Source: Collimonas fungivorans Ter331
GTDB taxonomy: Bacteria; Pseudomonadota; Gammaproteobacteria; Burkholderiales; Burkholderiaceae_D
Length of the DNA: 64,000 nt
Direction: 5' to 3'
Assembly: GCF_000221045.1 (NCBI RefSeq)
Contig: NC_015856.1
Span: forward strand, 2,622,542 to 2,686,541
The position numbers were made by a program, and so were the translations under genes. Shown piece by piece: positions 19,501 through 27,052 of this stretch; position 1 is the stretch's first letter, and each line of letters opens with the position of its first letter. The notes under the pieces are model-generated. The model saw only the letters and a list, made by a program, of their open reading frames with translations. It was not told the origin of the DNA and ran no database searches.

Positions 19501-19626
19501 AGGCCCGAGACCGTAAGTCCTGGCCTCATGCTGTCCGGATGTCTTCCCCGATGCGTTTGATGCTGAAGTTGTCGCAGGCAATGACAGAACGCAAGTGCCG
19601 GCACGACCGTGTGGGCGTAGCAACAT
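13561..19626 (-). CDS. Autotransporter adhesin with ~16 tandem He_PIG/putative-Ig repeats and a C-terminal autotransporter beta-barrel
   Basis: The ~90-aa unit (TP..LP.G.vg..Ys..l.asGG.aPYtfa.tsGaLPaGlsLs.sGvlsGTPTaaGtFnFTV.atDs) recurs ~16 times. The C-terminal ~280 aa (GVSAGGDYRINDFASIGLGAGFSR...LEFRHQF...SIMFGLELPLN) is autotransporter-beta-domain-like. The start is ambiguous: ATG 19626 has a GGGAG RBS. ATG 19488 (MFGLLFSVIFGWANLVYA|AP) would give a clean signal peptide. Confidence 0.8.
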   Translation of the reverse strand: MLLRPHGRAGTCVLSLPATTSASNASGKTSGQHEARTYGLGPVVRIMFGLLFSVIFGWANLVYAAPCAPTQTMTVASGGSASTDLSSCSTFGFTGISVLPLHGSIPDVDPAVGNGTGIVTYVNNGDGALSDTFTIQDELNHPLVFTVTILPAASPITVTPAGLPTPLIGNSYSQTLSSSGGVAPYVYSLSSGSLPAGLSLSSAGAITGTPTAAGPFTFTVGVHDSTTPTALATTKTYSMVVAVPVMALSPSSPPAGTVSLPYSQQLGTSGGTAPYSYSVQVGLGTLPPGLSMSSSGLISGTPTAVGSSTFSVKYTDSTTGTGPFSQAQNMTIVINATPVIVVTPSTLPAGTVGAAYIGGPLTGSGGTLPYTFAITAGALPAGMSLSSTGTLSGTPTAGGTFNFTVRATDQNSFSGSLAYSLVISPPTMNILPTTVPPALVAAAYGSLNFTTSGGTAPYTYALTAGALPAGMSVSSAGVLSGTPTAGGTFNFTVRATDSSTGTGPYNSARAYSFTVNAPTITLSPTTLAAMTVGASVSQNVTASGGTSSYAYSISAGALPPGLSLSATGALTGTPTAAGPFNFTVTATDSSTGAGPYTGSRAYSVTVAPGLPVAGAVSAIVAYGSSANAITLNLSGGVSTSVAVASAATHGTATASGTSITYTPTAGYAGSDAFTYTATNGAGTSSPATVSVTVSAPTLVITPSASWSAVDGISYSQTLTWSGGSAPYSGYSVSGLPAGLTVTGSGASSVTISGTPTVAGSFSVTAAATDSSTGTGPFTKSQAFTLTVAAPTMTLTPAGPTLTPVYGAPFSQTFSASGGVAPYTYVLSGSLPTGLSWNAATATLSGTPTQSGNFPVTVTATDQSTGAGAPFSIAIGYTLAISAPTISLTPASLPGGAIAASYSASISASGGIGAYSYIISAGALPTGVSLNGSSGALSGTPTAAGSFNFTVRASDANGFAGTRAYTVAVGVPTLTLTPASLPAAAVAAPYSVTFSAAGGTASYSYALTSGTLPSGITLNPGTGVLSGTTVQAGSFPITVRATDSSTGAGAPFSVQSSYTLAVAAPSISLAPSSIAGGTVALGYSATISASGGAAPYAYSLTSGALPAGVTLNASTGALSGTPSAAGTFSFTVRALDANSFSGSQAYSLAIAAAAVTLNPATLPNPTAEAAYTATLTAAGGTAPYSFAMTGGALPTGLTLNSATGVLSGTTNQSGSFTVSIRASDSSSGVGAPFSATVSYTLNVGAPTISVTPGVMAAAKVNIAYSQQFAASGGIAPYAFTIAAGSLPAGLTLNATTGLLSGTPTAAGSFGFTVRATDAQNFNGQQALTLGVGQAQPVAVNDSAATTANQPVTVNVTANDSGPITSIAISTAPAHGSAVVSGLNVVYTPAGNYFGSDSLSYTATGPGGTSAPASVTVAVTPLAVPVAVPQTATVLAGQAVTVHGANGASGGPFTVAAVVSPPSAGTAVVNGTDILYTSVIGSSGDIRFSYTLANAFGVSAPVMATISVNPMPVAGAHSATVSAGATVNVDLMAGASGGPFTAASVVTVSPAAAGSAAIRDVGTAGKPAYQMSFTAASTFAGSVAVSYTLSNTFATSAPGSVNITVTPRRDMSTDPEVIGLLAAQADSARRFATAQISNFTRRLESLHGDGWGSSGFGLSFAPPTTDRPGSNAAQWQNSDVDRMLGSPLQPNMRKVGWPLQSAAAQRAGAAGGNGSGNGPVLAANDTQSTVAGLPEMPTRQDNPKQPLSLWMGGAVDFGQHNVNGRQTGFRFTTNGVSAGGDYRINDFASIGLGAGFSRDSSDVGDNGTKSTAESVVAAMYGSLRPTKNVFIDGVLGYGTLNFNATRYITDGGGYATGLRHGDQVFGAIVSGIEFRQQNWMWSPYGRVELMSATLDQYTETASGLNALTYFKQTVRTSSGSLGVRAEGQYVTSLGTWGPRARLEFRHQFQGQDDASLAYADLAAAGPAYIVHTTSQDTGNWSAGFGAKLVMRNGVMFTIDYSSNLNVGNGRSQSIMFGLELPLN

Positions 19627-19803
19627 AAAAGCTCCCTGATATTTTTTTTGGATTCGAACCGTCGTTATGAGCGATTCGATATTGTTTTAATAGATATTCG
19701 AGGAAAGAGCTGATAGCAGTCAGGAGATGCTCTGGAAGCCATTGACGCTTGCCTTCTGGCAACGTATGCTACCCCTAATTATAAAAACAGCAAACAATGA
19801 ATT

Positions 19804-19817
19804 TTGCTTTAAAGCAA
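19804..19817. promoter_or_regulatory. Perfect 14-bp palindrome in the divergent promoter region (candidate operator)
   Basis: TTGCTTTAAAGCAA is perfect and extends imperfectly to ~20 bp. It lies in the AT-rich 290-bp gap between the autotransporter start and the first tail-collar gene. Confidence 0.3.
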
Positions 19818-19913
19818 ATTTAAATTGCCTGTTGCGGGAACAACACAAAGCAAGCAATCCCGCGCTTATCGCCAGCCACTGTCAGTGCATTACCAATCTT
19901 GGGAGAGATATCG

Positions 19914-20447
19914 ATGGCTGAATACTATGTTGGACAAATCATGCTGAGCGGTTTCAATTTTGCACCGCGCGGTTTTGCTGCCTGCAATGGGCAGCTCATG
20001 CCGATCAGCCAGAACCAGGCGCTGTTCTCGCTGCTTGGGACCATGTATGGCGGCAACGGGCAAACCACCTTCGCCTTGCCAAATTTGCAAGGAAGCACAC
20101 CGGTCCATGCGGGCTCCTCGGCTGACCCTAACTGGCAACCGGCGCCGTATATACAGGGACAATTGGCAGGCGTTGAAAACGTCACCCTGCAGCCGGGGCA
20201 ACTTCCCGTGCATAACCATCTGGCGAACGCCACCGCTACAGCCGGGTCGATCAAGAATCCTACCAACACGCTGTACGGCGGCAGCGGCACGGAAGCGCTG
20301 TACGGCCAGGCCGCCGGCCCTCAGGTAACGCTGGCTCTGCAAACCGTCGCCTCCGCCGGCGGCAACGGTGTGCACAACAACATGCAGCCGTTCCGGGTCC
20401 TGAATTTCAGCATTGCCCTCTCTGGCGTTTTTCCGCCTCGCAACTAG
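19914..20447 (+). CDS. Phage tail-collar domain protein (MdpB / microcystin-dependent protein family), paralog 1
   Basis: MAEYYVGQIMLSGFNFAPRGFAACNGQLMPISQNQALFSLLGTMYGGNGQTTFALPNL is the characteristic collar-domain N-terminus. RBS GGGAGAG. The track start at 19899 is upstream of this ATG. Confidence 0.75.
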   Translation: MAEYYVGQIMLSGFNFAPRGFAACNGQLMPISQNQALFSLLGTMYGGNGQTTFALPNLQGSTPVHAGSSADPNWQPAPYIQGQLAGVENVTLQPGQLPVHNHLANATATAGSIKNPTNTLYGGSGTEALYGQAAGPQVTLALQTVASAGGNGVHNNMQPFRVLNFSIALSGVFPPRN

Positions 20448-20480
20448 CCACATCCCCGTCACCTTTAAGGGAATATAGCC

Positions 20481-21014
20481 ATGACCACACCATTTGTAGG
20501 TGAGATCCGCCTGCTCGCCTTTCAACGTACCCCGAGCGGCTGGTTTGCCTGCGACGGCAGCCAGCAGTCGATTTCGGAATATGAAGTCCTGTATACATTG
20601 CTGGGAACCACCTTCGGCGGCGACGGCGTCACCACCTTCGGCTTGCCCGACATGCGCGGCCAGGTGCCGCTCCACCAAGGAACCGGCAACGGCCTGTCGC
20701 CTCGGGTAATCGGCCAGCAAGGCGGCAGTGAAAGCGTCACTCTGATATCCGGCAGCATGCCGGCCCACACCCATTCGTTTGCTGCCACCACCGCCCTGGC
20801 CAACGCCACGACGCCGGCAGCCACCCTTGAACTGGCCGCCGCCGCAGGCAACGACAAGACGTATACCAGCAGCCTGGCCGGACTCAATCCGTTTGCCATG
20901 TCGCCGGCGTCCACTTCGACGGCCGGCAACACCCTGCCGCACGAGAACACCATGCCGACGCTGACCGTATCGTTTTGCATTGCCTGGGCCGGGGTTTTTC
21001 CGTCGCAGTCGTAA
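20481..21014 (+). CDS. Phage tail-collar domain protein (MdpB family), paralog 2
   Basis: MTTPFVGEIRLLAFQRTPSGWFACDGSQQSISEYEVLYTLLGTTFGGDGVTTFGLPDMRG. RBS TAAGGGAA. Same ~177-aa architecture as its neighbours. Confidence 0.75.
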   Translation: MTTPFVGEIRLLAFQRTPSGWFACDGSQQSISEYEVLYTLLGTTFGGDGVTTFGLPDMRGQVPLHQGTGNGLSPRVIGQQGGSESVTLISGSMPAHTHSFAATTALANATTPAATLELAAAAGNDKTYTSSLAGLNPFAMSPASTSTAGNTLPHENTMPTLTVSFCIAWAGVFPSQS

Positions 21015-21082
21015 TATAGCCAAAAGCGCAGCCAGGGCGCCTGTCGCCTGACACCGCCAACAGATGAGATGAGGAGAACACC

Positions 21083-21616
21083 GTGACCACACCATTCCTG
21101 GGTGAAATCCAGATTTTCGGCTTCAACTTCGCGCCTGCAGGCTGGGCCCAATGCAACGGCGCCACACTGCCGATCCAGCAATATAGCGCCTTGTTTTCCC
21201 TGCTTGGAACCAACTATGGCGGCAATGGCACGACTACTTTCCAGCTGCCGAACTTTGCCGGACGCGCGGCATGCAGCCAAGGGCAAGGCCCGGGACTGAC
21301 TCCGCGCACCGTCGGCGAAACTTTCGGCACCAATCAAGTTAGCCTGGGGCTCGGCGAAATGCCTGGCCACTCCCATGCCGTCAACGTTTATCACCAGACC
21401 AATGCGACGCTGCAGGCTAACGTTCCGGACAATGGTTATGGTTTGACCGGGCCGGCCAATACTTCGCCGTTTGTACCGACGCCAACAGCAAACACGACTT
21501 TTGCGCCGACCGTCATCGGCACCGCCGGCGGCAGCCAGCCGCACGAAAACCGCCAGCCGCTGCTGCCTTTGAATTTCTGCATTGCGTTGCAAGGTGTATT
21601 CCCCGCCTTCGACTGA
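21083..21616 (+). CDS. Phage tail-collar domain protein (MdpB family), paralog 3
   Basis: MTTPFLGEIQIFGFNFAPAGWAQCNGATLPIQQYSALFSLLGTNYGGNGTTTFQLPNFAG. GTG start with RBS GAGGAGAA. Confidence 0.75.
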   Translation: MTTPFLGEIQIFGFNFAPAGWAQCNGATLPIQQYSALFSLLGTNYGGNGTTTFQLPNFAGRAACSQGQGPGLTPRTVGETFGTNQVSLGLGEMPGHSHAVNVYHQTNATLQANVPDNGYGLTGPANTSPFVPTPTANTTFAPTVIGTAGGSQPHENRQPLLPLNFCIALQGVFPAFD

Positions 21617-21674
21617 TCCCGGACTTGCTGCGCTGCCGGCCTTCCCGGCCGGCGCAGTTCCGGAAACACCAGCG

Positions 21675-22157
21675 GTGCTGCGCCAGCGCGGCGTCGTCCT
21701 GCGCCCTTGCACAACCGCGGATATCGCATTCCTGCGCGACCTGTACCGCCAGCTGCGCGCCGAAGAACTGGCGCCGCTGCCATGGCCGCAAGCGCAAAAG
21801 AATATTTTTCTCGACAGCCAGTTCGCGCTGCAGCACCGCCATTACCTGAACCATTACCCGGACGCGGATTTCTGCCTGGTTGAATCGGCAGCGCAGCCGA
21901 TAGGACGCCTGTACCTGTGGCGGCAAACGCCGCAGCACCTGGTCATCGATATCAGCCTGTTGCCGCAGTGGCGCAATGGCGGCATCGGCACTGCCCTGAT
22001 TCACGGCGCCCAGCAACTGGCGCAGAGGGATGAAGCAGATTTGAATTTGCACGTCGACCAGCGCAACGGCGCTGCCCGGCGTCTCTATGAACGGCTTGGA
22101 TTTACTGCGACGGAGGAGGACGGCCCATATACCGGCATGCGCTGGCAGGCGGCATAA
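21675..22157 (+). CDS. GNAT-family N-acetyltransferase
   Basis: RLYLWRQ...VIDISLLPQWRNGGIGTALIHGAQQLA...LHVDQRNGAARRLYERLGF is a GNAT acetyl-CoA-binding motif. The track start at 21582 is TTG and overlaps the upstream gene. An in-frame GTG at 21675 is chosen, but the start is uncertain. Confidence 0.6.
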   Translation: MLRQRGVVLRPCTTADIAFLRDLYRQLRAEELAPLPWPQAQKNIFLDSQFALQHRHYLNHYPDADFCLVESAAQPIGRLYLWRQTPQHLVIDISLLPQWRNGGIGTALIHGAQQLAQRDEADLNLHVDQRNGAARRLYERLGFTATEEDGPYTGMRWQAA

Positions 22158-22169
22158 GACCGCGGAAAG

Positions 22170-22460
22170 CTAGTTGAATACCGCCTGATACAGAAAACCT
22201 TCCTGGTCGCGCGCCACCGGCACCAGGAAAATACCTACTTCACCGATGGCTTCATGTTTCATCTGGAAGATTTTCTGGGTGAACAAAATAGGCGAACCAT
22301 TCCGGAACAACAGACTGAACGGCGCCCGCAGCATGCCCGCCAGGGTAGGCGCCGCCAACGGTTTCACTTCGACCAGCACGAAAGGCGCATTGCCGTCGCC
22401 CACGGAATAAAAAGTCTCATTAACGCGCGCGGCAAAATGTTCCAGCGTGAGGATATCCAT
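22170..22460 (-). CDS. Hypothetical small protein (96 aa)
   Basis: ORF with GC3-rich codon usage. It converges on the GNAT gene. No motif recognised. Confidence 0.4.
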   Translation of the reverse strand: MDILTLEHFAARVNETFYSVGDGNAPFVLVEVKPLAAPTLAGMLRAPFSLLFRNGSPILFTQKIFQMKHEAIGEVGIFLVPVARDQEGFLYQAVFN

Positions 22461-22593
22461 AATTCCGTTGAGTATGCAGTGTTGATCGGGCGACAGTCAT
22501 TCTAATGGAATTCAGCGCTGTCCCGGCATCCGTTTATTGTCCGGACAGACAGGAGGGGCCAGACAATTTCCCTCGGCGGCATCGCTCCGCCTC

Positions 22594-23547
22594 CTACGCC
22601 AGATGCTTGTGGCAGATGCAATGCCCCCAGCGGTACAGATGCATGTTGTGCAGCAGGTCCTTGGTCGCGGTCGGCACGCCGCTCAACAGGATTTCCTTCG
22701 CGGTCAGGCCGAATACCGCCAGGCTGATCGACGGCGCCAGCGACACTACCGCGTGCCAGGTCCGTTTCGGTATGAACAAGGCGTCGCCCTGCTCTACCCG
22801 TGCATACAGCCCTTTGGCCTGCTCCAGGTCGCGCAGCTGTTCCGGGTGCTCATCGAAACGTGCAATGTTGATCGAACTCAGGGTGGCGCCCCAGTCGTAT
22901 TTTTTCGACGGCCGCATGAACGCCTCTTCCGACGGCTGGAACATGACAAATTCCTTGACCCCGCGCGCCTGGCAAAACCAGTTGTTGGGCACGTCGCGGT
23001 GCAGTCCCGTATGCGTATTGGCAGGCCCCATGAACACCGATTCCCAGGTCCAGCGCCAGCCCGGCCACAAGCTGCGGATGTCGAAATCGCTGCGCAGCTG
23101 CGGGAAATCTTCCAGGATGCTCCATTGCGCCAGGTAATTCTGGTGCGGCGTAAACGATTGCATGTGCGCCCAGTTAAGATGGAACTGCTCGCCTGGCTGC
23201 AATTGCAGGCGTCGCCGGTTCGGCAGCAGGCCCGCCTCGTCGCTGACCGGCTCAGTCGCCAGCGCGGCAAGCTCGCGCAGGTACGGCGCTATCGGCAGCA
23301 GCGGCCGTTCCTGGGTTTCGCCTTGCTCCACCAGCCCATTCTGGAATTTCCGGGCCGGTTCCGAACCGTCTTTATTGCGCAACTGCGCCATCTTTTCAAA
23401 AGACCAGTTTTCCTGCGCCGGCCAGTTGCGCAGCGCGCCCTTCACCAGCAAGGGTCCGGTCCTTTCCCCGAAGCCGCCCTCTTGCGCCAGTTGCAACGCG
23501 TCGATTTCATCCACCAGCGTGAATGCCGGACCTAATATCTGTGTCAT
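22594..23547 (-). CDS. JmjC/cupin-8-like Fe(II)/2-oxoglutarate-oxygenase-fold protein
   Basis: HTGLHRD...KRTWHAVVSL gives an HxD...H facial triad spacing. PLLVKGALRNWPAQENWSFEKM is typical of the JmjC N-terminal region. The ATG at 23547 avoids overlap with the upstream gene. The track start at 23616 is also possible. Confidence 0.6.
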   Translation of the reverse strand: MTQILGPAFTLVDEIDALQLAQEGGFGERTGPLLVKGALRNWPAQENWSFEKMAQLRNKDGSEPARKFQNGLVEQGETQERPLLPIAPYLRELAALATEPVSDEAGLLPNRRRLQLQPGEQFHLNWAHMQSFTPHQNYLAQWSILEDFPQLRSDFDIRSLWPGWRWTWESVFMGPANTHTGLHRDVPNNWFCQARGVKEFVMFQPSEEAFMRPSKKYDWGATLSSINIARFDEHPEQLRDLEQAKGLYARVEQGDALFIPKRTWHAVVSLAPSISLAVFGLTAKEILLSGVPTATKDLLHNMHLYRWGHCICHKHLA

Positions 23548-23566
23548 ATCCTGATTGCCTGCGATG

Positions 23567-23869
23567 TCAAGGGAGCCGGTTGTCGTTTTCACTGATGGGA
23601 ACATAACGCCGTTCACCGCTGTCCGGGCTGTACCAGACGCTCATCACGCGGCCCGATTCCGGATCGACAAAACGCTCTCCGGTTTCCTGCCAGGGGCCGT
23701 CGTCCGCTTTCGGCGTGTGCGAATAACGCCAGCGTTCCAGCAAGACCGCCGCCACCAGCAGCAGGCCCCAGAGGGTGAACGGCCACGCGCCGTCGGCGCC
23801 GGCAATGGTGCAGACCAGGCCGGCCAGCACCAGCAGCACCGCAAAACCAAGCAGCAGCAGGCGCAACAT
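23567..23869 (-). CDS. Small membrane protein (2 TM) of unknown function
   Basis: MLRLLLLGFAVLLVLAGLVCTIAG...LWGLLLVAAVLLERW is followed by a soluble tail. It lies 3 nt downstream of the ybjQ-like gene. Confidence 0.4.
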   Translation of the reverse strand: MLRLLLLGFAVLLVLAGLVCTIAGADGAWPFTLWGLLLVAAVLLERWRYSHTPKADDGPWQETGERFVDPESGRVMSVWYSPDSGERRYVPISENDNRLP

Positions 23870-23871
23870 GA

Positions 23872-24198
23872 TTAAGGCGCAACCGGCTCAACCACGACTG
23901 CCGTGCCATATGCCACGATCTCGCTCATGGTCTGCCCCATTTCCGAGGAATCGAAACGCATCATCACCACCGCGTTGCCGCCCATGCTATGAGCGTTCTT
24001 GACCATGCGGTCAACTGCATGGCGGCGCGCTTCCTCGAGCAATTGCGTATATTCGGTGATTTCACCGCCCACTATCGAGCGCAGCCCAGCCATGATGTTG
24101 CCCGCCAGGCCGCGGCTGCGCACCACCAGCCCGAATACCTGGCCTTTGACTTCCTTGACCCGGTAACCCGAGATGTTTTCCGTAGTAACTACAAGCAT
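23872..24198 (-). CDS. YbjQ/UPF0145 (DUF74) family protein
   Basis: YRVKEVKGQVFGLVVRSRGLAGNIMAGLRSIVGGEITEYTQLLEEARRHAVDRMVKNAHSMGGNAVVMMRFDSSE is the canonical YbjQ_1 domain. Confidence 0.8.
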   Translation of the reverse strand: MLVVTTENISGYRVKEVKGQVFGLVVRSRGLAGNIMAGLRSIVGGEITEYTQLLEEARRHAVDRMVKNAHSMGGNAVVMMRFDSSEMGQTMSEIVAYGTAVVVEPVAP

Positions 24199-24274
24199 GT
24201 TGGCCCCTTAGACATTGCCCTGATCCAATTGTAATTCAGTGCGGCTGCTTCACGGAAATTTCTCGGTTGCCGTC

Positions 24275-25300
24275 TTAAACCCGGACCAGCAGCTTGCCGG
24301 TATTCTTTCCTTCGAACAGGCTGTTGAGCGCTTCCGGCAACTGCTCGAAACCGTCGACATAGGTTTCCTGGAAAACAATCTGGCCGCTTTTCACCCACGG
24401 CGCCACGATCGCCAGCATTTCATCCATGCGATGGGCGAAGTCGCGCGCCAGGATGCCTTGGATGGTCGCCCGCTGGAACAGCATATGCTGCAGGAAACGC
24501 GGCCCAAGGTCGGGCGTATCCAGGCCGCCGTCGTACTGGCTGATGGCGCCGCAGATGATGATGCGCGCGCGCCGCTTGATCAGCGGGATGACGGCGTCGG
24601 TAATCGGGCCGCCGACATTGTCAAAATAGATATCGACGCCGCCGGTGGCAGCCTGGATCGCAGCGCTCAGCGCCGCTGGCGTGGTATGCGCACGATAGTC
24701 GACGGCGCCGTCAAGCTCCAGCGTCTCGGTAAGGAATTTGCATTTTTCAGGCCCGCCGGCAATGCCGATCACGCGGCAGCCGGCGCGTTTGCCGAACTGC
24801 GCCACCAGCGAGCCGACCGCGCCGGCAGCGCCGGACACCAGCAAGGTATCGCCTGGACGCGGACGCCCGGCCTCGGTCAAGCCGAACCAGGCAGTCCGGC
24901 CCGGCATGCCAAGCACGCCCAGCGCCGTGGAAACCGGCGCCGCACCTGGATCCAGCTTGGTCAGTTCGCTCTGATGGCAACGCGCATAAAGCTGCCAGCC
25001 GCTGTACGCCGACACCCAATCGCCCGCCTGGAACAGCGGACTGGCAGAAGCCACCACCTCGCCCACCACGCCGGCGCGCTGGACGATGCCGAGCGGATGC
25101 GGCACGTCGTAGGTATTGCGCTCATGCTGCTGGATGCGGATATAGGGATCGACGCTGACGATCCTGGCGCGCAGGATCACTTCATTGGCCGAGAGATTGC
25201 CGTCCAGCTCGGTTTTACGCAGCTCGTAATGCTCGTTGCCGACGCGCCCGTCGGGACGCTTGACGTAAAACCATTGCTGGTTCTGGTAGGTGGTTTGCAT
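24275..25300 (-). CDS. NADP-dependent oxidoreductase, medium-chain dehydrogenase/reductase family (YncB/leukotriene-B4-dehydrogenase-like)
   Basis: LVSGAAGAVGSLVAQFGKRAGCRVIGIAGGPEK is a Rossmann motif in an MDR-family context. ATG at 25300 (MQTTYQNQ). The track start at 25477 is probably upstream extension. Confidence 0.8.
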   Translation of the reverse strand: MQTTYQNQQWFYVKRPDGRVGNEHYELRKTELDGNLSANEVILRARIVSVDPYIRIQQHERNTYDVPHPLGIVQRAGVVGEVVASASPLFQAGDWVSAYSGWQLYARCHQSELTKLDPGAAPVSTALGVLGMPGRTAWFGLTEAGRPRPGDTLLVSGAAGAVGSLVAQFGKRAGCRVIGIAGGPEKCKFLTETLELDGAVDYRAHTTPAALSAAIQAATGGVDIYFDNVGGPITDAVIPLIKRRARIIICGAISQYDGGLDTPDLGPRFLQHMLFQRATIQGILARDFAHRMDEMLAIVAPWVKSGQIVFQETYVDGFEQLPEALNSLFEGKNTGKLLVRV

Positions 25301-25550
25301 GTTCGGAGCCTGATTGCTTTTGGCCTGACAGTGTAGCCAAATTGCGGCAACTGCGCCGGCTGGGCCAGAAATCCGGGATTCCGGCGCTGTTATGCGGACG
25401 GCAACACGCGCGACCAAGGGAAAGCGGCATGGTGCCGTTCCTCGAACCGGCATCTCAGCCAAAGGCGTTGTCCTCAATGGCGTCAGGTTGCAGCCTTCCT
25501 ACTACGGCATGCGAGATGGAAAATACCGGCAGGTCAACTACTCCTACTGA

Positions 25551-27041
25551 TCAGGGCTGATCGGACGCTACAGTATTCCACCAGCCGCCGCCCAAGGCTT
25601 GCAGCAATGCCGCGGTGTCGGCATATCGCGCTGCTTGCGCGACAGTGCGATCCAGCGCGGTTTGCAGCCCCTGGCGTTGCGCATCCAGCAAACTGAGATG
25701 GCTGACGCCGCCCGCCTGGTACTGGCGCGAGGTGATCGCCAGGCTGCCTTGGGCATTCTCCGCGGCTTGCGCCCTCGCCTGCAAAACCTTGGCGTCATTC
25801 TCCAATGCGCGCAAGCTGTCCGCCACCTGCTGCAAGGCCTGCAATACGGTCTGCTGATAACTCGCCGCCGCCGCGTCGTAGGCAGCAACGGCGGCACGTT
25901 TCTTGGCGCGCAGCTCGCCGCCATGGAACAGCGGCTGCATCAGATTGAGGCCGATGTTCCAGACGTTGAGGCTGTCGGCCAGGTCGGCGATCCGGCCTTG
26001 CTCCGTTCCCACGCTGCCGGACAAGGTGAGCTGCGGATAAAGATTGGCGCTGGCCACGCCCACCTGGGCGCTGGCCTGGTGCAGCGTTGCTTCGGCCGCA
26101 CGGATATCGGGCCGCTGGCGCGCCAGCGCCGAAGGCAGGCTCAGCGGCAACCTGTCCGGCAACGTCAGGCTGTCCAGGTCCAGCGGCGGCATGTCGGCCT
26201 GCGCCGGCGCCTTCCCGAGGTAGACAGCCAGCTGATGACTGGTTTGCGCTTGCTGCTGCAGCAGCGCCGGCAGCGCCGCTTCGCTCTGCGCCACCAGCGT
26301 ACGCTGGTTCTTGAGGTCGCGTTCGGCGATGCCGCCGGCGGCCAGGCGCTGTTCCATGATGCCGAGCTGCTGGCGCTGCAGTTGCAGCATCTGTCCTGTG
26401 CTGGCGATTTGTGCATGCAGTGAAGCATGGCGGATAGCCGCAGTGACCACATTGCCGGCCAGCGTCAGCCGCGCCGCCTGCAATTCGGCGGCCTGGTTGT
26501 CCACCTGCGCCTGCAAACCTTCCAGCATGCGCGTATCGGCGCCAAAAACGTCGACCGTATAGGAAACGTCGAGAGACGCGTTATACAGTGTAAACGGTCC
26601 TGCCTGCGGCACATTGGGAATGCCGAGCGCAGCGGTATCGATCTGTTGGCGCACTCCGCCCACCTGCAGGTCGACCTGGGGATAACGGGTAGCGCCGATC
26701 TGGCCGCCCAGGTTTTCGCTGGCCTGGCGCAAGGCAGCTTTTGCCTGGACTATCGAAGGGCTGTTGGCCAGCGCCTCGCGCACCAGCGCGTCCAGTTGCG
26801 GCGAATGGAACAAGGTCCACCACTGCGCCGGGATGTCCATGCCGGGGTCGAAATGCTGGGCGCCGCCGCCGGCTCCCGCGCTGGAGACGGTCGCCAGCGG
26901 TTGCACACCCGCCGTGTATTGCGGCACGACAGGCGCCGGCGGCGCCTGGAAATCGGGACCGGCGGCACAGGCCGCCAGCAAACCGGCCATGCCCAGGCAC
27001 GACAAGGATTTGCGGAACGGATAACTCATGATTGGTTTCAT
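25551..27041 (-). CDS. Efflux outer-membrane factor lipoprotein, NodT/OprM family
   Basis: Lipobox MKPIMSYPFRKSLSCLGMAGLLAAC. Two OEP repeats with coiled-coil Ala/Gln-rich segments. It is the last gene of the efflux operon. Confidence 0.8.
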   Translation of the reverse strand: MKPIMSYPFRKSLSCLGMAGLLAACAAGPDFQAPPAPVVPQYTAGVQPLATVSSAGAGGGAQHFDPGMDIPAQWWTLFHSPQLDALVREALANSPSIVQAKAALRQASENLGGQIGATRYPQVDLQVGGVRQQIDTAALGIPNVPQAGPFTLYNASLDVSYTVDVFGADTRMLEGLQAQVDNQAAELQAARLTLAGNVVTAAIRHASLHAQIASTGQMLQLQRQQLGIMEQRLAAGGIAERDLKNQRTLVAQSEAALPALLQQQAQTSHQLAVYLGKAPAQADMPPLDLDSLTLPDRLPLSLPSALARQRPDIRAAEATLHQASAQVGVASANLYPQLTLSGSVGTEQGRIADLADSLNVWNIGLNLMQPLFHGGELRAKKRAAVAAYDAAAASYQQTVLQALQQVADSLRALENDAKVLQARAQAAENAQGSLAITSRQYQAGGVSHLSLLDAQRQGLQTALDRTVAQAARYADTAALLQALGGGWWNTVASDQP

Positions 27042-27052
27042 CCCGGCATTCC

